Notes under the pieces: model-generated
What the model was told of the DNA's origin: nothing
What the model saw: only the letters and a program-made list of their open reading frames with translations
The model's database searches: none
In this document: in pieces, positions 56,041 through 64,000 of the stretch
Position numbering within the stretch: the stretch's first letter is position 1
How the letters are laid out: every line of letters begins with the position of its first letter
Position numbers and translations under genes: made by a program
Source of the DNA: Eledone cirrhosa
Taxonomy: Eukaryota
Reading direction: 5' to 3'
Assembly: GCA_964016885.1 (NCBI GenBank)
Contig: OZ024740.1
Span: 69,502,001 to 69,566,000 of the forward strand
Length of the DNA stretch: 64,000 bases

Positions 56041-56195
56041 AGTTGAAAAAAAAAAATGAAAACGAAATTTCATTTCTCACTCTTAGTATGGCACTTACTT
56101 AAATGTAAGTATGTATGTAGGCTAAACTGATGCGTGCATATATGTATGTGTACCTGTATGCATATGTGTATGTGTATGTATGTGTGTATATATAT

Positions 56196-56256
<61 letters not shown>

Positions 56257-56321
56257 TATATATATGCATGCTACTGGACGTCTGTATACATATATGTATG
56301 TACGTATACATACATACTTAC

Positions 56322-56361
<40 letters not shown>

Positions 56362-56364
<3 letters not shown>

Positions 56365-56551
56365 AACCAGTAAGACCCCGACAGCTGAGCTAATTCTGGA
56401 CGGCTAATTCTGGAGTCCAGAATTAGCCGTCGAAACGGCTTGAGCTCAGCTGTCGGGGTCTTACTGGTTCCTATTACCCACTCTACTACCTCAAGTATTG
56501 AGTACTTTGGTGCGTTATGGTCCACCTGGTTCCTTACCACATTTCCTTCGT

Positions 56552-56552
<1 letters not shown>
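56362..56552. mobile_element. Family B fold-back element (short left arm, long right arm) in (TA)n
   Basis: gacggctaattctgga-g-tccagaattagccgtc-gaaacggc..gtc^ggggtc, with gctaattctgga duplicated at the junction. Confidence 0.85.
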
Positions 56553-56579
<27 letters not shown>

Positions 56580-56582
<3 letters not shown>

Positions 56583-57275
56583 ATAATAATAAATTTCAAG
56601 ACTAAAATCCAAAGAGGGCTCGATATGGATAAATATATATCAAATATATAAGAACCGTAGAGCAAATATTTATTAAAATAACAGATTAAAGTTTAAGCAA
56701 AAACTCGCTGCTTTCACCCTTAACGGGATCTTCTGAAACTAACAAAGTCAATCTGTAAACGCAGAAGTGGATATTTTAAAAAAACGTTGCAACCGGAGGA
56801 AGACAGGAAGACGATACTTTGGTTCGTCGAAACGTTCGCTATGCAAATAGGTAATGGTATAAATAAACGGAAATAAAAGACCATGTGACCTCTGCGCCGC
56901 TGAGGCCCTGGAAATACTCTACGCCACAGACCACATCTTAAACAAAAAATCTGAGGCAATTTCGGCTTGTAAACATAAATTGCACAAAACTTTCCTGTAT
57001 TACAGCCCCACGGTATACCCTAATGGATAGTACGATCTTTACGTGGATATTTTACGTCTTGATGTGGGAGCTAAGTATGTGTTTTATTTATACCGTTACT
57101 TATTTGCATAGCGAACGTTTCCACGAACCAAAGTATCGTCTTCCTGTCTTCCTCCGGTTGTAACGTTTTTTGAAATATCCACTTCTGCGTTTACAGATTG
57201 ACTTTGTTAGTTTCAGAAGATCCCGTTAAGGGGGAAAGCAGCGATTCTTTGCTTAAACTTTAATCTGTTATTTTA

Positions 57276-57282
<7 letters not shown>
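56580..57282. mobile_element. Fold-back element with HHR-like folds at 56690-56740 (-) and 57209-57259 (+), CAGAAGA core
   Basis: AGUUU-CAGAAGA-UCCC(GUUAA)GGG-N-GAA-AGCAG..UUGCU-U^AAACU. Arms ~56667-56868 and ~57085-57282. Confidence 0.7.
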
Positions 57283-57327
<45 letters not shown>

Positions 57328-57376
57328 GTATATGTATATATATGTATATATATATATATGTATATGTATATATATG

Positions 57377-57407
<31 letters not shown>

Positions 57408-57434
57408 GTATATATATATATACATATATATATG

Positions 57435-57471
<37 letters not shown>

Positions 57472-57492
57472 GTATATACATATATACATATA

Positions 57493-57560
<68 letters not shown>

Positions 57561-57599
57561 CGAAACATAAGTCAATTGCATGAAGTCATTATCCTTTAT

Positions 57600-57659
57600 T
57601 TACTGCTATATATATTTCGATGATAGCCATTGAATGGCTATGACCTCATCAGGCAGTGA
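57600..57659 (-). ncRNA. Type I hammerhead ~45 nt from a (TA)n junction
   Basis: UCACUGC-CUGAUGA-GGUCAUAGCCAUU(C)AAUGGCUAUCAUC-GAA-AUAUAUAU-A^GCAGUAA followed by AAUAAA. Confidence 0.9.
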
Positions 57660-59017
57660 GTCAGTTCTTAGATATGCCAGCTCTGTGTTTATAGTGTTGA
57701 TGATATCAGAGCCTTGGGACATATGAGCTTGTTAAGAATAATTTAATGTTGTCAGCAGGAATAGTCTTAATTCTCATTGGTCAGTTTGAAGATGCTAGTA
57801 GGGTTGGTATTTTACCTCAAAGAGGCAGGTGGTGTTGTAAAGTTCAAACCGTCAGGCAAGATGACAATAGTTCCATATGACTGATTTTCACAAAAAGCAT
57901 TCGTGGTCAGATATATATTCAATTGAGGTTAATAGTATGAAATAGATACTACAGGTTATTCTTAAATTGAGGAATTTATGTGGAGTGGTACTACTGAAAA
58001 TTATGGTTAGAGTAGATTACTAGAAAATTTACAAATGAAAAGACTTATATTGGTTGACTTGCACATACATTCACCCCCACCCCCACAGACACACACACAA
58101 ATACACACATACACATTGAGGAATTAATGTGGGGTGGTAATACTTAAAATAATGGTTAGAGTCAAATACTTAGATAGTTTAGAAATTTTAGAAATAAAAA
58201 GACCTATGTTGGTTGACTTGTACATACACTCATTCCTACCCCCACAGACACACACACATATACACATACAAATCCATGCAGGTGTGTATATATATATATA
58301 TGTACGCACATGTGCATATATATATACAACAGAGGCCCCCAAATCCTAGTATAAGGCAGACATAAAACTAGGTGGGTGTTATTTTTAAAGAAAGTAAGTA
58401 AAGTGCGTGTTTGGAAAAGTTATTGTTTAGACTAGACAAAGGTAGAGTGTGAAATATATCTTCACAGCAGTAGCTTGGGGGCTTTGGAGCTTAGGCGAAT
58501 CCCTTAGTACAGACATATATACCCATCCACACTTTTATACTTCTGGATGCGCGTGTATGTCTATATACACATGTGCACTCATACAAGGGAGTATATACAA
58601 ATATACTCCTAAGCATACACTCGAACATTTATCAATCCAACCTGGGGTATTAGTATTACGTTGCGTCCACATGAGTGTGTACATTCACGCAGTCCCAGTA
58701 TTCACACACAATGCACGGTTGCGGGCACTCATTCATGCGTATAGGTTTAGTACCTTGGAATAATAGTTCTTCCTGTGTGGGCCGCTCCCAGGGGGGGGGG
58801 TCCTCAGGTTCAATAAACGTGGTTTTGTTGACACCTAACCAGTAGAGGATCCGGTGGACCATCCACCATAGGGACTACAAACTATGGGTGGTTGTTGTTG
58901 TCCATTGGTCAATGGTACGGGGTGTAGGGGACCTAAATGGGGGGGGCGTTGTGGGTGGCCTTAACCGGGGTTTATCCATATAACTTGAGGAAAGTTCCCG
59001 TCCTTACACACACACAT

Positions 59018-59133
<116 letters not shown>

Positions 59134-59854
59134 GTGTGTATATATACATATATATGTGTGTATATATATATATATATAAATATATAAATGTATATAAACA
59201 TATGTATATAAGAAATGTCGGTCCTTCAAGACTTTCATTATCGAATAGTTTCGTCCTTTAATTCGATATCACCAGATATTACGAATTTTCAATTGATATC
59301 CATTGAGATATACGCCGAGTCTTAGACGTTTTAAACATGGCCGAACCCATCCTTTATTAGATCTGATGTTTCCGAAGAGAACGAAAGAATCGACATTTAG
59401 TACGTTATCTATTGATTTCAATTGAATGAAGGTCTGCGTTGACAACCATGGTATTTGTACTCAGCTCACAGAATGTCGGAACGTAATCTGCAAAGCATTT
59501 TATCCGATTTTCTAAAGAAACAACTCACCGTCTTCAATATAATAACTATTGTAAATGTAAAATGTAAGATAATCGATGCTAATGATAGGTTTTGGTGCAA
59601 ACTGTAGAGAAGTGCAATTTGATGAGTCCTTAATGTTCAAACGTATAATGAATAATAAAAGTAGTATATCTCTTTGCTCATTTCAACGTATTTTTAGCAG
59701 TTTCCATGTAATAGACAAGCCAATTTCAGGCTCTACACTTCCATGCTTGTTTATGTATATATGTATGTTATGTATGTATGTATGTATGTATGTATGTATG
59801 TATGTACGTATGTATCTATGAATGTTATGTATGTATGTTATGTATGTATGTCAG

Positions 59855-60385
59855 GTATGTCAGGTTGCTCTTCAGCGGTACTGGTAACATGTAAACCAGT
59901 ACAAGATGTGCATGGTCGGATCATCGGCGACTAAACCGGCATCCCCATCTAGCTTTCCTGGTGAGGATGAAAAACAAAACCCGTCAATGGCGGAGGAACT
60001 CAACAGCCATTCAATAAAGTTTGTTTTTTTCTGCCTTTTTTTTTTTGGCGAGACACTCCTGGTCTCCATTAATATATCTCTCTGAGAAAATGTCAATCTG
60101 ATATAAAACCTGCGACTTCGTTTGCATCCAATGATGTGGACCAGATCTTCTTTTTGGACAAATGCATTCGATGTTCAGAGAGTGGGATTGGCCCAGTGCA
60201 AAGCATTTCCTCACTTAAAACAGATTGAAGCACAGGTACCACTTGATGGGTGACATTTTGTTTGCGTTAGATGGCACGGCTAGCCAATGGCAAGTCTCTA
60301 GCATGACTAAAAAGCCACGTCCGTAATGCTCATGCTTACGTATCAAGCGATAGCATTACACAAAGTCGAGTTGCAGCCATCATCA
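59855..60385 (+). mobile_element. Family D dispersed repeat flanked by (TATG)n
   Basis: Homologous to 36376-36985. Confidence 0.7.
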
Positions 60386-61199
60386 TGTAAGTATGTATGT
60401 ATATATTTATGTATGTATTTATGTATGTATTTATGTATGTATGTGTATGCATGTATATATGCTTCTATGTATCTATGTTATCCCTTTTGCAATCGTTCAT
60501 CCTTTGAATCGGAAAAATGTTTTAAAGATGTTTAACGTTCCAGATATTTTGGCCATTTGTAGCTTATGAATTAAGGAGTTTCTTTCTCTACAAATCCATA
60601 CTTCGCTTCAGACAGGTTGATATATATTCCGAATATCTAATCATAATGGACTGCGCAATCTATTTCATATTGCTTTGAACCCTCCTCTTGTTTTTCTAGG
60701 CAGACAGCCTGCATATGGAACTAATGGTTTGATCATTACTTTCCCTCAACTTGATATTCTGTAGTGGTGTCATTTACAGAGATTGAACCTTTTATATTGA
60801 AGCTACATTAAACCGATTTTGAAACTATGGCAAATAATTTTTCTGCATTTGCCGTATACATATTTCAGTGTTTCAACTGTGGTTGAAACGGTACTTTTAT
60901 TTATCAAACCTGAAGGGATGAATAGCAGTTAACCCCATTTAAAGTTTCATCTCAGATCACAGATTGCCGAAACGAATATCAGAATGTATTTCATGCGACG
61001 TTTGAACGACGCTCCGTCTGAATAAATAATCAAGGGAGCTTGATAAATAAAGTGAAAGCTAGACTAAGTACTATGGAGACTGGATCTATATAATAGATGA
61101 TGTGACATCATAGTTATCACAGGGATCTCGGGAAAAGGTTCATGAGTTCCTATGATTGATAAAAACACACACACACACACATACATACACAGACACACG

Positions 61200-61241
<42 letters not shown>

Positions 61242-61738
61242 CACACATACGCACTTGCGAGTGCAGACCCTTTTACTTTTGTAGTTATGGACATGACGAA
61301 CGGGTAAGGAACTGCAACATCACATGGAGTGTGCTGGCTACGATGCTATTAAGGATTTAACCGATTATATACTCGTATCGAAATTCGAATGCAAATACTG
61401 GTTAATTTAATTTTGAGACTTTATCGTCACGTTACTGAATGTTTTCTCGAATACACACCCAACTTTCCTTCACCTTGCCCCTTTCTATTTCCTGAATTAC
61501 TAGATGACCCTATCACCTCCCACTTAAACATATATATATCAAATAATTCTCAATATTCATGAGATTAATAGAATCTTTTCATTATCGGATAATTAATTAG
61601 GGGATCATTGCTTGTTATTTTCTGAATCGAGTTATGTACTAGGGTTGATTTTACTGAGTTCATAGCACGAGCACTGGGGTCAATTTAATCGATTTCCTTT
61701 CCTAAAAAAAATTATTAGCCTTGTACATAAATCAGAAA

Positions 61739-61920
61739 CGGCAGTATCGGTAAAGTGTCGGACGCCATCCATTGACGTATAGAGTTACGGCCCTTGCCAT
61801 TCTGGGTTCAAATCCCGCCGAGGTTAACTTTGCCTTTCATCCTTACGGGGTCGATAAAATAAAGTACCAGTAATACACTGGGTAATTGCTGGCCTTGTGC
61901 CAAAAGTAGAAACAATTATT
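61739..61920 (+). mobile_element. SINE family 1
   Basis: A/B boxes, core, 3' gtagaaacaattatt. Confidence 0.9.
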
Positions 61921-62244
61921 AACAAATAATAGAATTTAACAGATATAAATATATACAATAATGTGATTGTTTCAAATGAATATAACAAACTTATAGAGAT
62001 TGTCTGTATTATGTACCTCCAGTATTATAAACTTTCTTACTACAACTGTGAAATGAAAAGTTCCAAGAAACCCACGATCCACTGAGAGAAACTAAAATAT
62101 AAGAATTCGCTACAAAATGTATTTTCATTCCAGATTGATTTTTATTTTTTAGTTTGATATTTAATGCTAATGTTTCATTAGGTACTCCACATCGATGATT
62201 CAAACTATAGACAACAGATACACACATACACCCACAGAAACAAA

Positions 62245-62343
<99 letters not shown>

Positions 62344-62346
62344 GCG

Positions 62347-62460
62347 CGTGGCTGAGTGGTTAGGGAATTAGATTCGCAATCGTAAGGTTGTGAGTTCGAT
62401 TCCTGGACGAGGCGATGCGTTATGTCCTTGAGCAAGACACTTTATTTCACGTTGCTCCTT
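62347..62460 (+). mobile_element. tRNA-derived SINE family 2
   Basis: tggctgagtggt A box, gagttcgattcc B box, gtccttgagcaagacactt core. Confidence 0.8.
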
Positions 62461-62559
62461 CTACCTGGAGTTGCGACCGAAAGATAGTATTAGCAATTGG
62501 AAAGACCAACGGAAACATTGTTCCCTCGGTCCGATTTGACGAAAGTCGATCGTTCCTTT

Positions 62560-62614
<55 letters not shown>

Positions 62615-62653
62615 ATAGATAAATACATATCTATATATACATATATATATATC

Positions 62654-62945
62654 AATGATATTAAATAAATGGAAACTATATTTATAAAACCATATTTATT
62701 CTATTATATTATTTCAAGGGTACCAATACTTATGTACGCTCTCATCAGATAAAATACAAAGTTTATTTTATAAATATTGACATATCCAGGAAGAGGATCT
62801 TAACGGTTCAAGGTTTTCCTGGATAGTTTCCATTTATTTAATATCATTGATATTATACTCCAGAAAATCTGTCGAATGCTTCGAATCAGTTATAAACATA
62901 TATATTTGTTGAATTACCAACAAATTAAATATTCCTTTATGCTTA
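62654..62945. mobile_element. Family C fold-back element with hammerhead at 62697-62756 (-)
   Basis: UAUUUUAU-CUGAUGA-GAGCGUAC..GUACCCUU-GAA-AUAAUAU-A^AUAGAAUA. Same terminus as the 5786 element (gatattaaa.aaatggaaactatatttataaaaccatattta). Confidence 0.85.
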
Positions 62946-63682
62946 TATATATATATGGATGTTTGCGTGTGTGAGTGTGCGTGAGAGAGAGAGTGTGGTG
63001 GGGGGAGTACGGTTGTATAAAAGTGTATGTCTGGGTGAGTGCTTATGTATATATAGTTATGAATGTATGTGCATGTGTAAGCATGTATATTTATGTATAT
63101 TGAATACAGCATTAACGAATTGTTACGTACGCGAAGCAACAACCAGGTCTCGGGTGTCAAACCTCACGTAGTATATTGGTCAAGTGCCATTTACCATCAC
63201 CTCAGTACTAACCATGCATTCTGAGTGAAATTAGATACACGAAAACTGTTCGTATGCACGGCGGTTTGACTGTACCTGTAATTCAAGCGTCACAGTCTTG
63301 CCTCACAGTGTAACGCTGAATGACCTTGACATTTACAGTAAGGGTAGACGTAAATGTGAAATGCTCAACCGCATACACGGAGATGTAATGAGTATGATGT
63401 TCGGTTGATATTGGGTCTAAAAGCGTCGAAATGAGTGCAAATCCAATCATTCATGTATATATCTATGTATACGTTTGTGTGTATGCCGGTTTGTTTTTCT
63501 CTGAGTTTGTATGTATGCATATAGAGATATGTACACTCGCATGTATATAAGCATGAATATACGTATATATGCATATAGGATTCTCACATGACGTATTGAG
63601 TACTATTCTATTATAGACTTCGATAGATACATATGCATTCAAACATCCCATACATACACAAGCATACACAATACACACAGAA

Positions 63683-63824
<142 letters not shown>

Positions 63825-64000
63825 ATATTTTCGAAATATCATAATGCAGTTGTTGAAACTCTGAAACAATTGGATCTCAGAATAGTCATTTTAACCATTT
63901 AAGAGCACTCAAATATCGTTATGTTCACTTTTTCGTTTACTTCTTATCATAAATAGGTAATTATATATATATATATAATATACATCCGAATATATATATA

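Noticed and set aside
59228-59285. HHR-like CUGGUGA..GAAA-CUAU-UC on the - strand
   Set aside because: Core mutated and stems I/II do not pair convincingly.

Overview
AT-rich, microsatellite-saturated animal genomic DNA. The SINE/LINE content suggests an octopus or other cephalopod (inference). No intact protein-coding gene is evident apart from a few candidate small + strand exons. Almost every ORF in the supplied track is (TA)n/(CA)n noise or a decayed retroelement. Recognisable mobile DNA: three Penelope-like element (PLE) fragments (RT and GIY-YIG), a near full-length L1/Tx1 LINE, a 5'-truncated R4/Dong LINE, RTE, CRE and CR1-like remnants, two tRNA-SINE families, a non-autonomous LTR element, two non-autonomous Helitrons and a MITE. 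The main signal is non-coding. The window holds about 20 recognisable type I hammerhead ribozyme (HHR) cores plus several half or degenerate ones, from roughly nine unrelated small-element families. Most have the minimal PLE-type palindromic stem III. They sit in or beside (TA)n tracts, mostly as asymmetric, divergently oriented fold-back pairs, and include a 463-bp HHR tandem array with an internal inversion. A GIY-YIG PLE fragment in the window carries the same kind of HHR and also ends in (TA)n. Together this points to a (TA)n-targeting PLE/retrozyme-like system. All folds were read by eye and ribozyme activity is untested.
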